Shown: one piece after another, positions 1-13,620 of the stretch
Layout: each line of letters opens with the position of its first letter
Position numbering within the stretch: the first letter of the stretch is position 1
NCBI GenBank assembly: GCA_964270895.1
Contig: OZ185435.1
DNA from: Podarcis filfolensis
Lineage: Eukaryota
DNA length: 64,000 nucleotides
Strand: one strand, 5' to 3'
Made by a program: the position numbers and the translations under genes
Notes under the pieces: generated by a model
Seen by the model: only the letters and a program-made list of their open reading frames with translations
Told to the model about the DNA's origin: nothing
Database searches by the model: none

Positions 1-185
1 CTCCTGGTGTGTCATCTATTTATCTTCATGATATGTCTTTTAAGATCAGTTTTCTGACTTGTGATGCGTATATTTTTGGTTTCTTGCTTTCTACAATTTT
101 AAATTTATCATATAAGATGTAGAGCTGTAAGACTTACACTAATAATGGCTTAACACCAAGAAAGCTTTATTATTCTCTAATGAAA

Positions 186-668
186 GCAGAAAGCAGAGAC
201 ATCACCTTGCCAACAAAGGTCCGTATAGTTAAAGCCATGGTTTTCCCAGTAGTGATGTATGGAAGAGCTGGACTATCGAGAAGGCTGATCGCCGAGGAAT
301 TGATGCTTTTGAATTATGGTGCTGGAGGAGACTCTTGAGAGTCCCATGGACTGCAAGAAGATCAAACGTATCCATTCTGAAGGAAATCAGCCCTGAGCGT
401 TCACTGGAAGGACAGATCATGAAGCTGAGGCTCCAATACTTTGGCCACCTCATGAGAAGAGAAGACTCCCTGGAAAAGACCCTGATGTTGGGAAAGATTG
501 AGGGCACAAGGAGAAGGGGACGACAGAGGACGAGATGGTTGGACAGTGTTCTCGAAGCTACAAACATGAGTCTGACCAAACTGCGGGAGACAGTGGAAGA
601 CAGAAGTGCCTGGCGTGCTCTAGTCCATGGGGTCATGAAGAGTCGGACACAACTAAACAAAACAACAA
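186..668 (+). mobile_element. BovB (RTE clade) LINE, 5'-truncated 3' fragment
   Basis: Encodes BovB C-terminus RVPWTARRSN...ILKEISPE...LQYFGHLMRREDSLEKTLMLGKIEG.RRRGRQR.RWLD; ends gagtcggacacaact plus a (CAA)n tail. Confidence 0.93.
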
Positions 669-947
669 TGAAACCATGTCTGTAATTTGGTGATACATTT
701 TTCTAAGCATGTCATAAAATTTAGGTCAGCACCATCAGGCATACATCAAATCCTTTGGTAGGCTACAAATTGCACAACATTGTGTTTACAATTGTTTTTG
801 AATAAGCATGCACACATAAATAGAATGCCTGATGTGATCCCCCCCCCCCAGCATTCCCCTGAATTTCTAACTTTTTCATTATAATTTTGTAGCTGAACTT
901 TTGACAAGCTATGTGTAGGACTCATTGATGCCACTACATTATGTATG

Positions 948-1160
948 TAAGAAGAGTTCTGCTGGATCAGGATGAAAGCCCACATAGTCCAGAATCCTAT
1001 TCCCACAGTGAGCAACAAGACGCATATGGGGAGCTGGCAAGTGGGGCTTGAATGCAATTAGTATTCAGAGGCACATTGCCATTGACAGAGAAGGTAGAAC
1101 ATACGCATCATGGATAGTAGCTTTTGATAACTGTATTCCCCATGATTTTGTCTAATCTTT
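948..1160 (-). mobile_element. CR1 LINE 3' UTR fragment (old)
   Basis: Degenerate reverse-strand match to the CR1 3' end seen at 50733-51008 (ctggatcagg...tagtccag.atcct.ttc.cacagtg; gtattcagaggca; ttgtctaatc). Confidence 0.7.
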
Positions 1161-1463
1161 AAAACCCCTCCAGGGGAATACCTTGTACCAGGGATTAATT
1201 GATCCACAGGAAACTGAGGTGGTGCTCCAGAAACTGCTAAAGGGCAAGAAACTACAAGAAGGAAGCAGCTCAGGGTGGGAACAAACAAGAAGAACGTGAG
1301 CTTTTAATATAGGGTGGCAAATATGACTTAATAGGCATTACCAAAACCTGGTGGACTGGAATGTAGAAATGGGGGTGGGGCATAACCTTTTTTTGCATTG
1401 TGAAAGTACTGTTGAAATTTGAAAGCACTCTTGAACAGTTTTGTTCTCCTGGTTTTTTTTAAG

Positions 1464-1597
1464 CGCGAGAAGCTGATACATGAGTTGGAGGAAGAGCGAC
1501 ATTTGAGACTTGAAAGTGAAAAAAAATTACGAGAAGTGACACTGGAATCTGAGCGCAACAGGGTTCAAATGAGAGGACTGCAGCAGCAGTTTTCCAG
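1464..1597 (+). CDS. NCKAP5: Internal coding exon of NCK-associated protein 5 (N-terminal coiled coil), 134 bp, phase 0 in / phase 2 out
   Basis: Translates REKLIHELEEERHLRLESEKKLREVTLESERNRVQMRGLQQQFS(R), closely matching recalled human NCKAP5 HEKLIHELEEERHLRLQSEKRLQEVTLESERNRIQMRSLQQQFSR. Acceptor ttctcctggttttttttaag|CGC; donor TCCAG|gtatgc. Confidence 0.93.
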
Positions 1598-1720
1598 GTA
1601 TGCTATTAATTTTTGGCTCATTTTTTTAAATGGTCATGCACATATGAAAACAGTAAAAGTTTGAAGTTGTAGCAAACTAAATTATTCTCAGAGACCCAAA
1701 TGAAACAAATGAACCTGTGC

Positions 1721-1776
1721 CATATCCATTAATTTCAATGGGTCTACTCCAAGTTGGACTAACATTGGCTACAACC
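1721..1776. mobile_element. Half copy of a palindromic MITE
   Basis: atttcaatgggtctact...gactaacattggctacaacc matches the right arm of the element at 22194-22301. Confidence 0.55.
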
Positions 1777-4471
1777 TTGAATCCTGTACTTGTCTACTCA
1801 AATGTAAGTTCAAATATGAAAGTAAGAATTGTCTCCAACAAGCTGTCATCAGGACCCAGGCTGTAAGTCTGCAATCCTTAACAGAACTCTGTTCCTGAAC
1901 CTAATTTAAATCTGCGAGAATGGGATTTACACAAACTAATTAGATGCACACTTGCAACATAAATGGCCATCTGGAGTATGGAAAAGGTTAAAGAATGGTC
2001 CTGAACTTACTCATTTTCTTGATTAATAAATCCAATCTTTAATGTAGATGAAAAATACCTGGAGAAGCAAACCTAAACTTGTGCATGTTATGTGTCCTAT
2101 GTACATTCTTGCATGTAAAGGTGAAAGGACCAGCTTCAAATTAGTTCACCAGCCAGGAATAAGCTGCCATTAGTTTAAGTGAGATAACTGCCCCAGGCAG
2201 CAGTTGCATGGAGAAAGAAGTGTGTGTGTACTGTGTGTGTACGTACGTGCGCCACACAGCTTGTTCTGCATTCTCTTACTTGAACCTGTTGCCCTCAGGT
2301 GTGCTATCCTGTTGCCAGTGCTGAAACAATATTCAGCCACCATTCTAGTTACCTTCTCTATGTGTGTGTAGGAAGAGCATATTGCCCTTTGCTTTGGGCA
2401 GTAAAATGTCTTGGACTGGCCCTGACACCATGTGCATCTTTACAAAGCGGAATAACATAGCAATGGTGATTCATGCCCAACCTACATTCCACTCAGTCTA
2501 CTGCCATGAGTTCTTTGTGAGGCTGCTCTTTATTTGTTTAAAATATTGTTCTTTGTTTTGCCATTTATCGCATCATATATATGCTGCCTTTTGTGCATAA
2601 TGACAGTATATGAAAACACAGTGAGCTCCCAAAATTCAGAACGAAACAGCAGCTGCTACGTCAATAGCAAGTAGTTAAAAAGGATCCAGCTGCTATTAAT
2701 GGCTGGCAAAAGGCCTCCAAGAATAAATGTGATTCCTGCGAGTGCAGAAAAATGCATTAATGTGGGTGCTTGCCTCAGTTCAGAAGGGAGATTATTTCAC
2801 AAGAACCACAGACATTACAGGTCATGTAAGCCTTCACAAAGCTACTTACACAGCCAATTAATTTGTGTTGTATGTGGAGAAGTTCTACTGTCTGGAAATT
2901 TCAGCTAGTTTAGTTGTAGTGGCTTCAGTATTAACCAGTGCAGCCTGCGTGGGACACATACAATGTCAAAACTGCAGTTACTTCACTGTTTTCCATTTAG
3001 TTTGACCACTTTTAAACCTTAAATGGTCTGGTGTTATACATGTTAAAGTCCTCCTCAGAAACCCATGTCCATCTATTGGAAGCATGGGAAAAGGCTTTCT
3101 CTCTGATAGAAACAAGCTGCAGTGTGTACACAGTAGGGGTGTTCTTGGTGGTCTTTAGGCATCAAGCCCCTCCAGTCCTTCTCCAAAGAACCTTTGGGGT
3201 AGTCTGTTCTTTTATCACAACTGATTGCTGTTCTTAACTGCAAGCTTTAATGAGTTAGAGGAATAATTTTAATATTTAAAAGGCTACTTTGAATACAAGT
3301 GCTTATAAAACAACAGATAAAAAGTTCCATCTTAGAAACAGCATTTCCCCTTCAAGTTCACGATGGATGGAACGTTTCTCCTAAGATACTCCTGCTGTGA
3401 CATAGACATGTTTTGGTTCTATGAAAAAATAGGCAGATTTAGCTGATTTATCAACTGGTGTTTCTTAATCATGCAATGGACTTACTTTTAATTCCCCCCC
3501 CCCCCCCGGGCTTTTATGACACTGTGATATTCAACAGTTCATAATATTTTGGGAGCTGATTTGGTTTTATTATTATTATTATTGAAAGGCAGCTTATAAA
3601 TATTTGAATAAAATAAATATAAATGAGGTGACACTGTGCCTTGCACTTCTGGCTTTCACCTGACAATAATAGAAAAATGGGAACCCACCAGCACTTGCAA
3701 GTTTCTGTTTCTAGGAAGAACTATTTGTTCTTGTGCATGCACTGCTTGAAATTCATTTGGTTAAAAATGTAAGGCCTAGGGCACCTTCTTCTCTGTCCCC
3801 CTCATCATCAAAGTATACTCAACCCATCTGTATAACAACAAAGCACGAAAGCATATGAAAATCTGTCAATTGCTCTTTTTTGTTTAGTGACAGTATAAAG
3901 CTGTCTCTTCATATGCTGAGAAAATGTTAACGTATCATATAAACTGTCAGTTTGAGTGCACAGGTCTTCCTGAATGCATGTGACTTTTGAAGCCAGGGGT
4001 GGTTTTCTTTTTTCTTTTTTCCACTTTGATTGACATTCCAACTCAGCAGTATCTCATTTCTGTTACCAACTCAGCAATATTTCTTCCTGAATTTTTTTAT
4101 CATCTGAAATCTTTATTTTCAACGTATGTGTAAACCTCATATTAAAAATGGCACCGTGACTACAGCCACACTTTTAAGTGCCTGACTACTCAATAAAATG
4201 TTTTTTTTAAGAAAACCATGTGGCTTCAGTTTACGCTGTTAATTTGCATGTAGGTTTTACATGAAGTGCTTTCCATTATGCTTGACATTCTACACCAGCA
4301 CCATTACCATTCCGTTCATTATCCTATATTGTCATTGTTGGTGGTTGCTTTCATACAGAATCACATTGGCCAGGTCTACTAAATCATCTTTTCCAGTATA
4401 GTGCTTTCTGATTGGTTTAAAATATACTAAGTGCTTCACATAGGTCAAGGCAGCATTTTCCTGTTTCATGA

Positions 4472-4585
4472 CATAAGAAGCAGCCTAACATTGAATCAAA
4501 CCACTGGACCATCTATCTCCGTACTGAAAGGCAGTGACTCTTCAGGGTTTCAGACAGGGGTCTCCCCCAGGCCCTTCTCTAAATG
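4472..4585 (-). mobile_element. Squam3-like tRNA/CORE SINE fragment
   Basis: cataagaagcagcct...ccactggaccatcta...cagggtttcagacagg matches the SINE copies at 42015, 43509 and 47779. Confidence 0.6.
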
Positions 4586-5130
4586 ATTCTCTTTTAGCTC
4601 TACGAGGAGTTCAACTACTCTCTTTCTTGAGTTTTGTTTTGTTTTGTATGTTATTTCAGCCCTGCTGTCTAGTGGTATGTGCTGAAATGCCAAAGAAGAC
4701 TCAGAAACATCTGAATGATTTATAGTGTTATTCCAGCAAGAACATGAAGTTGTATGCAGGGTATAAATGGATTACATCGTTCATTTTCTGCACAGCCTTA
4801 TTGTACCAAGTGCTTGTTGAGCAAACACGCTCTGCATAAGATCCATGCAAACGATCAGATGTTAGAGCATTGACTTTGGCTTTTTTATTATTTCAATTAC
4901 TATGTTAGGCCATGGAAGGCAATAAAAGACATTACTACATTAACAGTCCCTCTGCAAACAGTTATTGAAGCTTTTTGTACTGGTGCTTTAAACTTTTCTT
5001 TTCAGTTTTAAACTAGAAAAAGCCAAGCATTTCAGTGAAGATGGCCTTAATGATAAGCATATCATTGTGGGGGAATATCCTATGCATGCTTTCTTAGAAG
5101 TATGTACTGTGGCATTTACGCCTAAGCCTT

Positions 5131-5222
5131 GCAGTGCAATTCTGTGCATATTTGCTCAAAAGTAAGTACCACTGTGTACTGTAGGGTTTACTTCTGGGTA
5201 AATCTGTGTAGGATTGCAGCTT
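5131..5222. mobile_element. Palindromic MITE (GCAATCC...GGATTGC type)
   Basis: Imperfect inverted arms gcaattctgtgcatatttgctcaaaag / cttctgggtaaatctgtgtaggattgc; related degenerate copies near 27582-27680 and 55285-55385. Confidence 0.55.
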
Positions 5223-5621
5223 GAGTTTTTAATAATACACAAGCAAAATGTAGGAAATCAATCAGATTTGGGTTAGAGGGAGTCTGACAGATAATACGCA
5301 CTGTAATTCCAGTTTCAGTGTGTGTTTCTGCTTTCTGCTGGTCACGCTAAATATTAAACAAGGTTATGCCTGTCACTTCCAACAGGTGTGAACACAAACA
5401 CTATGAATTTGGTAACACGTTACATAGGATGACAGCCTGTGTCAGCTTCAGGTGCAAACATCTTCAGATCCTTCCCGTTGTAATTTTGATTCTCTCAGAG
5501 TTTGGTTTAGTGATGCTAGTGACATACTGTCAGCTTAACAGTGAAGAATTAATTCTCAGATTATTAGCGATAATGTGATAGTTTGCATTTATGCTGCTTT
5601 ACTGTTTAAGAAGATTAGTCT

Positions 5622-6118
5622 GAAAAGCGATGACAAACCTAGACAGCATCTTAAAAAAGCAGAAACACCATCTTGCTGACAAAGGTCCGTATAGTTAAAG
5701 CTATGGTTCTCCCAGTAATGCATGGAAGTGAGAGTTGGACCATAAAGAAGGCTGATCGCTGAAGAATGGATGCTTTTGAATTATGGTGCTGGAGGAGACT
5801 CTTAAGATTCCCATGGACTGCAAGAAGATCAAACCTATCCATTCTTAAGGAAATAAGCCCTGAGTGCTCACTGGAAGGACAGATCCTGAAGCTGAGGATG
5901 AGAAGACTCTCTGGAAAAGACCCTGATGTTGGGAAAGTTTGAGGGCACAAGGAGAAGAGGATGACAGAGGACGAGATGGTTGGACAGTGTTCTCGAAGCT
6001 ACCAACATGAGTTTGACCAAACTGCGGGGGGCAGTGGAAGACAGGATTGCCTGGCGCGCTCTGGTCCATGGGGTCACGAAGAGTCAGACATGACTAAATG
6101 ACTAAACAACAACAACAA
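5622..6118 (+). mobile_element. BovB (RTE clade) LINE 3' fragment with small internal deletions
   Basis: Aligns along its length with 186-668 but lacks ctccaatactttggccacctc (21 nt) and one gaaga; ends gagtcagacatgact plus (CAA)n. Confidence 0.93.
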
Positions 6119-7461
6119 TAGAATGCCATTCTTTTTTTTTCTCAGCAAAGGTTTTTATCAGGCAGTATTACAGGAGTAAGCAATGGAAAGCAAGTCTATC
6201 AAGTCAGTTCTCAGTATCAAAACTAATGCTAAAGCAGTAGCCTACTTTTGTGTACTTTGACCTGACAGGCTAGGACAGTATATATTTGGCTTGGGTATGG
6301 AGACACTTTGCTGCATATTTCCATAATTTAGGTGCTTCCCAGGGTAGGATTGAAAGCACACTGTGCTGCCCACCAGGCAGTACGGTGAACAACTGCATTG
6401 TGTACATGATCATGTGGATGGTACAGTGGTGTCAGGTCTAAACAATGAATTATATGGACCAAAAGCAAGCAATAAAATATATTGTTTTATGATTGCCTGA
6501 GATCTTACCACATAAGCTTAATTAGATGGTATGGCATCCCACATTATGCACTGTCAGTATATCCCCATAGAATCTAGATAATAAAAGCCCATTTTAATGT
6601 GCATTTTCAGCCTTCCTTTCCCTTCTCAGTGGAACCTCAAACACTCATGAAAAACTCCACTGAAAGTTGATGTGCTTTCCAGAGCAGTAGTTATCCTTAA
6701 AGAATTGCCGCTAGAAGGAAGAACAAGGTGCACACAGTCTTTTAAATGTATGAAATGTGAGTGTGTACACAGTTGTCCATGGGTTTATTTATTTTTGCCA
6801 GCAGTGCACTTTTGTGATTACTGGCATTGCTCAGATCATCTGCTGCATAATAGCTAGAGATGAGTGGCGTTTTCTAAGGGAGTTTCTTTCCTTAAGGATT
6901 TTTGTTTTCTTTTAGGTGTAGCCCCTTCCTGGTAAATAATTCTGTAGGCTACTTCCATGGATGTGAGCTTAGTTCCAAGAAAATAAGTTGTGTATTTCTT
7001 CTGATATTCATAGATAAGGCTGTGGGGGGAGGGTAGGAAGTCTTCTTAGCTGGAAAGGATAAAACATTCATCAGAAAGAAAGTCTTGAAAACAACACACT
7101 ACTTTGAAAAGGGAGAGAACGGGGAAGGGAGGGAGGGAGAAATAATGGTTTATCTTACCATCTGTCAGAGAACAGTATCATAAAAGATGGTACTATGCTT
7201 TAATGCTCAAAGTGACTTGGGGCATTCTTTATTTCATTGTGCTTTCCTTGCCTACTAGCTTTGGGGTTGTGCCCCACTGCTTTTGCATGCTTTCTAATAG
7301 CCTGGCTGGCTGCCATTGTTCTTAGCATTACCTTGTTTGTTGACACTAATTTTCCTGGACCTAGTATGAACTCTGCCCTGGACAGACGCCATCACAGAGC
7401 ACATCCTGCCAAGACTTGCCTTCCCAGCTTTCATCCTGGTATTTGCTTCCAAAACACACAC

Positions 7462-7894
7462 TAAGGACGAGCAGATGTATCTATTTCAGTTTCTCTCAGT
7501 TTCTCATCTCCCCACCCCCACTCCAATCTATAGTTCAGTTCTCTACATTTCCACATCAGTTTTCATTTTCTTTTAAACTCCACATAAACATTTATCAGCA
7601 AATTTCTCCTAATTATACAGAAATATGCTTGCATTTTTTTTAAAAAAAATAGCATTCCCTTAGTGTAATGTACATTTTTGCTTTTTATTTTACTACTAGA
7701 TCAGTTTTATGCACATATTACCCATGTAATGTATTTTTGTGCACATTACATGGCCGCAAAACAATACTGTGATATTTGGAGAAGGGTGAATTTGAAGGAT
7801 GATTGTGCTTCCATTCCCACATTGTTTCAGAAAGTTTGGAATAGGTAGGTTTGCCTTTAAATGCAATTCAAATCAAATTTCTACCCCCTCTGTA
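7462..7894. mobile_element. Non-autonomous DNA-transposon-like repeat with AT-rich internal repeats
   Basis: Resembles a common lizard element with degenerate TAGGGATG-type termini and internal atgtacatttttg/atgtatttttg repeats; no clear TSD. Confidence 0.5.
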
Positions 7895-8326
7895 ATAATC
7901 TCCGATAGTGAACACAGCCACCAGTCATAAATCCAGGAATCAGGCCAAAGCAACTTTAGTTGAGTAAACGTTGATTGCCACTGGTGAACATTTACAGTTT
8001 TAAGAGTTAAGGGACGGTAGCTGAAGAACCTTCCATTGGTTTATAATGGAAAATAAGGATGTGAACTTTTGGTTAATGAGATAGTGGTGTCCTGTATGAT
8101 TACTCATTTTATTTATTTTGCATGTACATCATCCTGGAGTGTATTACTTGGATGGAAGTGATAATCTTAATGCTTACATAGGTGCCTCTTAGGATTCCAT
8201 AGCACCTGGTCTCATCTACATAAGCAGGAACATTGCTTCTTCAAGTATTTGTGGCCCAGGAGACTAGGAGGACATTGAACAAGCCAGTATTGTTACTGGC
8301 TACATTTTCAGTTCAGTTGGGAAATT

Positions 8327-8328
<2 letters not shown>

Positions 8329-8367
<39 letters not shown>
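8329..8367. repeat. (AT)n microsatellite
   Basis: About 19 perfect AT units. Confidence 0.97.
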
Positions 8368-8371
<4 letters not shown>

Positions 8372-8813
8372 GGTAGCCACTTCCAAGGCAGCTCACATCT
8401 TATTAAAACACAAAATACTGTAAGCATAAAATCAAAATGCAAAACTCTACATGTCTAAAAATATAATGCTACCAGCAGCTACATTGTCAGCAAAATAAAA
8501 CAGAAGCAATCTCATTCAAAAGCTGACCAGACTAAAAAAAGTATTTAGGGTTCTCCTAAAAGTCAAAGTGTTTCATTTTTTTAAAGTATGCATTTTGTAT
8601 TATTGTATATGTGATTCCTTATTGTTGTGTTTTTTTAAGATATGTATATGTATATATGTATATGTATATATGTATATGTTCAGATATGTATATAAATATC
8701 TTATACTTTGTACAAAGTAACCTATTATTCTGCCTGTTCAAAGTGTAAATAATGCATCTGTAGAAAATACATTTAAGAAATCAGAAGTCCAATTAAAGAA
8801 GTGGCTAATATCT

Positions 8814-9301
8814 CTCCCCCCCCATTTTCAAAATAATTTTTATTTGGTTTTACAAACTTAAAATTATAATCATACCAAAACAAATCCACAGTTACTGGTA
8901 AAAGATTCCCCCGAATCTCTGGACTTCCCACCTTCCCCTCCGTATTTTTACGGCATATTTTTTCAATAATCCAAGTATTTTTTATAACTCCAGTATATTC
9001 ATAGTTCTCGTTACATTACAAGAGTTACTGCAGTCTTGCTAGTGTTTCCAGCTGCTTACAGTGGTTTTCTAGATAAGCTATAAATTTTTCCCATTCCTTA
9101 TTAACGTTTTGGTCTTCCTGGTTTCTGAGCTTTCCGGTCAGTTTTGCCATTTCGGTGTAGTCTAACAATTTAATTTGCCATTCTTCTCTGGTAGGGACTT
9201 TATCTTCTTTCCATCACTGGGCTAACAACATCCGGGCAGCTGTCGTCGCATACATAAAAAGTCTTTTTTGCTCCCTTGGAGCACCTTGTAGGTGCTGAAA
9301 T
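8814..9301 (-). mobile_element. L1 LINE 3' fragment, different family from the 31-35 kb element
   Basis: Minus strand translates ...LFMYATTAARMLLAQ*WKEDKVPTREEWQIKLLDY...WEKFIAYLENHC; 31/65 aa identical to the C-terminus of the intact ORF2. Stop at 9025-9027, AATAAA at 8839-8844, TSD aagtggctaat(a/t)tct at 8799-8813 and 9302-9316 (14/15). Confidence 0.88.
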
Positions 9302-11002
9302 AAGTGGCTAATTTCTATTCCATTTTTGTCATCTTTGTTTTGCTTTCAGGAAGGGATACAATAGGACATGCATTTCAAGAATACTACCCATAGGCATACA
9401 AAATGCAATATTAGGAAGTTCAGTTTTAGCATAGAGATAAGCAACTGAGTAATAGGCCTTCGCTAGTCTGCTTAAATTCTTTACATGTTTTGAAAGCTTC
9501 TTTAAAGAGGTCCTGGGAAATGAGTAATATGTGTCTGCCATGGGCAAAAACATAATAATTTAATTGCTTGGTTTCTAATTCTCTCTCTCTTTCCTTCTCC
9601 ATTCTGTGTTTGAAAGTGAGCATTTAGTATTGGCTCAACCCTATCATATCATTACTCTGGCAATCTTGTCAATTGGCAACTATTTCGTAGATCCACAGAA
9701 TATGTGTGTCTATAAAGAGAGTGGGTGTGTTTTTTTAACACACACACATGGGAGAGACTAAGCAATAGGTTGATAATTATGCAAGCTTCAGTTTGTATTG
9801 AAATCTTTATCAGGCAGAATGCATTCTAAATGCCTAAGAAACCCAGCATAGAAACTTTATTTACGTATCTGAGGACCAAGCTAGATGTTACACAGCAAGA
9901 TGTGTGTACCAATCACCTGGTGTGTCTCTGTATGTATGTTTAATAAAGTGTGTCAGGGTAAAGCAGTGAGATTTGAGCAGAATAGCACAGAGCAGAGAAA
10001 TATCTCCTTAACTCTTTCTCCTCTGTTAAAGTTTGTTCTCAAATTGCTCTGCACTCCCAGGAGAAAATATACTAGTGCTAGTATATACTAGTAGGTGGAA
10101 AACATCTTGGGTGCTAAACTTTGAATGGGAAATAACCAGTGTCTTCTCCCTGACAGAGCCTGACCTGGCTGCCAATTAGGTTGCATACATGCGGAAAGCA
10201 ATGGGTGCAGGTTTTTTAAATGCGGTGGAGCTAGTGGTGGAGTCCAGTGTAGTGCTAAGTTTCTTGTTCAGTCAGCACAAGGATTTCTGCTTGTGCAATA
10301 GCACTGTATTCTCCCTGTGTGTCCCCTAAATCTATTTTAGAGTTTTCCCCAATCCTCTGGAGCAGGTTTGGGCATGGCAGCTTATAGGTAGAACAGAGAG
10401 AGAAGGTCCTGTTTTGCAAATGGAAATCCTTATATTGACAGGATTTGATACTTGAATGTAGGTCTGCTTCTGACCACCCTCCTAATTTTTCTATGCTGTC
10501 AAACCTACGCAGGCTATTAAGAAAACATATTTCTGTAACAGTTAGTGGATTGTCTCTAATTTTCAATTTTTATGTGGTTTTGCTATTGTAAACCGCTTTG
10601 TTATTTTTTATGATATAGTGGTTTATAAATAAATTAAATAAGCTTCTAGAGTGCCAAAGGTTTCCCATCCTTCATCTTGGTTTCTCTCAGACTTGTGTCT
10701 GTCCTCGGCCTAGCTATTCTTGTCTGTCTTCTCAATGCCACCTGCAGACACTGAAGCCTTAACCACTCAGGTGTCTGAATCTTCTTGGCTCTGGCAGTGA
10801 GTGACACAAGGGCCAGTCAACCAGTGCTGTATACAGTTCAGCTTCAAGAAGGAGGTGTGTGTGTTGATTTTTTACTTATATAAGTGCTCATCTGTTATAT
10901 GCTGCATAAGTTCAGTTTCTGCTTTGAGCCTAAACCAAAGAAGAAATGTCAGGAGAGCAGTGAATCGGCTTTGGGGGGTTTGTTCCTGTTAAATAATAAT
11001 AA

Positions 11003-11122
11003 TAATTATTATTATTTATTATTTATACCCCGCCCATCTGGCTGGGTTTCCCCAGCCACTCTGGGCAGCTTCTAACAAAATATTAAAATACAGTAATGTA
11101 TCAAACATTAAAATTTTCCCTA
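11003..11122 (-). mobile_element. L2-type LINE 3' end
   Basis: Reverse strand gctgcccagagtggctggggaaacccagccagatgggcggggtataaat plus a (TAA)n/(TAAA)n tail; same end as 12392-12700 and 19930-20068. Confidence 0.8.
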
Positions 11123-12391
11123 AATAATAATAATAATTTAATAATAAAAAAACTTGCATAATTTAAAGTATTTGAAGTTTATAAGAAAAAGAAATAAGTA
11201 TTTATTATTTTCTGGTGCTATTGAATGTTTTGAACACAACTTTGTAAAGGTTAAAAAGAAATAATAAAAGTTTGACCTTATGAAAACAGACAATCTTCAA
11301 GTCCTCCAGGTTCTCAAACAACAAAACAAAACAAAGCTTAAATCTTTTATTTGCCAATATAATTGTGTCACATCTTGGTTTCAGGCTCTCATGTAATATC
11401 TTTCGACTTCCTTTTGCCAGTAATACAGAGAGTTTTCCATAATAGGAAATGGGTGTAGTTGTGAATTGCTTGCAGCACCAGAGCAGGAGAATCATATACT
11501 GAACATGTGTTGCTGAAGCATTTCTTCATGTTTCATCTAACATAGCTCATATTCACACACTGACACATTCTTCTTGTTGTCGTTTTTTTAAAAAAGATTA
11601 TTTTGCCAGACAAGTAAGTACCTTAGTCACAAAGATGAGCAAAAAATAAAATGTTCTCCTAGTCTTTCAAATCCAAAATTCTTTTGTAATACTGTCTAGT
11701 ATTGGTTTCCTCTGGGGCATGGAATTCCTTTAGACTTGTCTAAGTGTCTAATTCTTGAGTCACCCTCAGAATTATACCCGCAATCTCTGCATAATGCCAG
11801 TGTCACATCAGAAAATATTCACAGGTTAAAATAAATTGTTTTCATTCGAAACCGTGAGCTTTTCATTATTGCATGTGTATAATAAATTCAAAGCCAGCAT
11901 AAATTTATATGGCTTACATTGGTAACGCAGCACAATCACAGTCTACACATTGTGGGTCATGGGCTAGCCTTGGAATACTTTACAGTTGCCAGAATATATG
12001 TCAAGTTGCATGGAGCCAGAGATTTTTCCAGTTTCAGCAACTCCATTTCTCAAAAGACATACAAATGAGATGCCTGTGATTCCAGATCAGATGTGACTTC
12101 TGTGGGCAGAGATGCATGTATACAGCCTGGAGGTTCATCATCATTAAGCTCATTAGTTGCTTTGTGCTACTGTCTCAAATCAGATTTAATAGTAAAATAC
12201 GGCATATGGAAGCCAAAATAATTAAAATAAGTAGTTTGAGATAACCAGACCATGTGATATGTGCTTCCAAAGATTCAGCCTTAACTCTTTGACATATAGG
12301 CTGTTATCAAGCTAAATAATGACTGAATCGGTCCTATGGCTTTTTTTTTTAATGCTCTCCACTTTCTTTACCTGACAAATATGTACAATAA

Positions 12392-12700
12392 TAATTTATT
12401 ATTATAATAATAAATTATTTATACACCACCCATTTGGCTGAGTTTCCCCAGCCACACTGGGCGGCTCCCAATCAAGTGTTAAAAACAATACAGCATTAAA
12501 TATTAAAAACTTCCCTAAACAGGGCTGCCTTCAGATGTCTTTTAAAAATAAGATAGCTGCTTATTTCCTTGACATTTGATGGGAGAGCATTCCACAGGGC
12601 GGGCGCCACTACCGAGAAGGCCCTCTGTCTGGTTCCCTGTAATCTCACTTCTCGCAATGAGGGAACCACCAGAAGGCCCTCGGCGCTGGATTTCAGTATG
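12392..12700 (-). mobile_element. L2 LINE 3' fragment including the ORF2 C-terminus
   Basis: Translates LLVVPSLREVRLQGTRQRAFSVVAPALWNALP...FKRHLKAALF (L2 RAFS..AP.LWN.LP motif), then a 3' UTR and TAA-repeat tail. Confidence 0.9.
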
Positions 12701-13461
12701 TCTGCCAGTGCAGGATCGTACAGCTCTATACCTAGACTGCAGGTAAATAGAGCTGGAAATGTTCTATTGTCTGAAACAAACATTGGTTATAGCTCATGGC
12801 TTAGCTTCAGGCAGCAAGACCACAACAGTACTGGAGAAGTGGTGTACAAGCTTCCATTTCCTCTCTAAGAAATTGTGCACTCGTGCTAAGCTGTGGATTG
12901 GCTTAATGCTGTGTGTGAGCTGGTTCAATTTGTCCTGTAAGAGTATAATGATGTGCTACTGGGGATAGAAACTATACAAAAATGAGTGTAAAAATCAAGT
13001 ATCCCTTGAGCCTGATATTTATTACAAGTTTGATGTGTTTCATGACAATACGTATGAGTTTGGTGACAATAATATTTTCAAATTTATCCTTGTCAGTCTT
13101 CCACATTAATTGCTTTGGCATCTCCAGAAGAGGGTTGGGTTATTTTTGTAAGACTGTAGTGATACATGAGCAGTTTATAGACTTTGCTTAATCTGTTGCT
13201 TCAGGGGATTTTTGTGACCTTAAAAAGTAGAGAAGCTATAGGAAAAAAATACACCGTGGATAAATATGATGGTATTCTGCCAACACCATCCTGTAAGGCA
13301 GAATGCATGGTCAACACTACAGAAAAAGTCTTGAGCACAGAAGACAAAGGACAGTGTAAGTGTTCCATTTAATTGACTTAAAGAAGCTATAACATAGCAA
13401 GAGGCTTAAACTACTTAATTGCTACTTTGGTTCAGACTTCCCTAAAAGGATTAGTGACATT

Positions 13462-13620
13462 TGGCAGTATCCAACTAAACAGTTCTGCCAGTGCAAGAGC
13501 TTTTAGTTGCACAATGGAATTTCCTGCACACACCCTCCCCAAATCTGCTGCACAGGATTCGGAGGAAACCCTAGACAGATTTAGAGTGGGGCACGGGTAG
13601 TGGAGGAGAGGACTTCAAGT
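13462..13620. repeat. Hairpin-type interspersed repeat (cccaaatctgct...cagatttag family)
   Basis: Core with inverted aaatctg/cagattt recurs, variably degenerate, at about 35655-35800, 40860-40985 and 58670-58810. Confidence 0.45.

Noticed and set aside
229-660. 143-aa minus-strand ORF (and similar ORFs at 5651-6077)
   Set aside because: Antisense shadow of BovB coding sequence; not an independent gene.
1419-1664. 81-aa ORF as a standalone gene
   Set aside because: Only 1464-1597 is exonic; the flanks are intron read-through.
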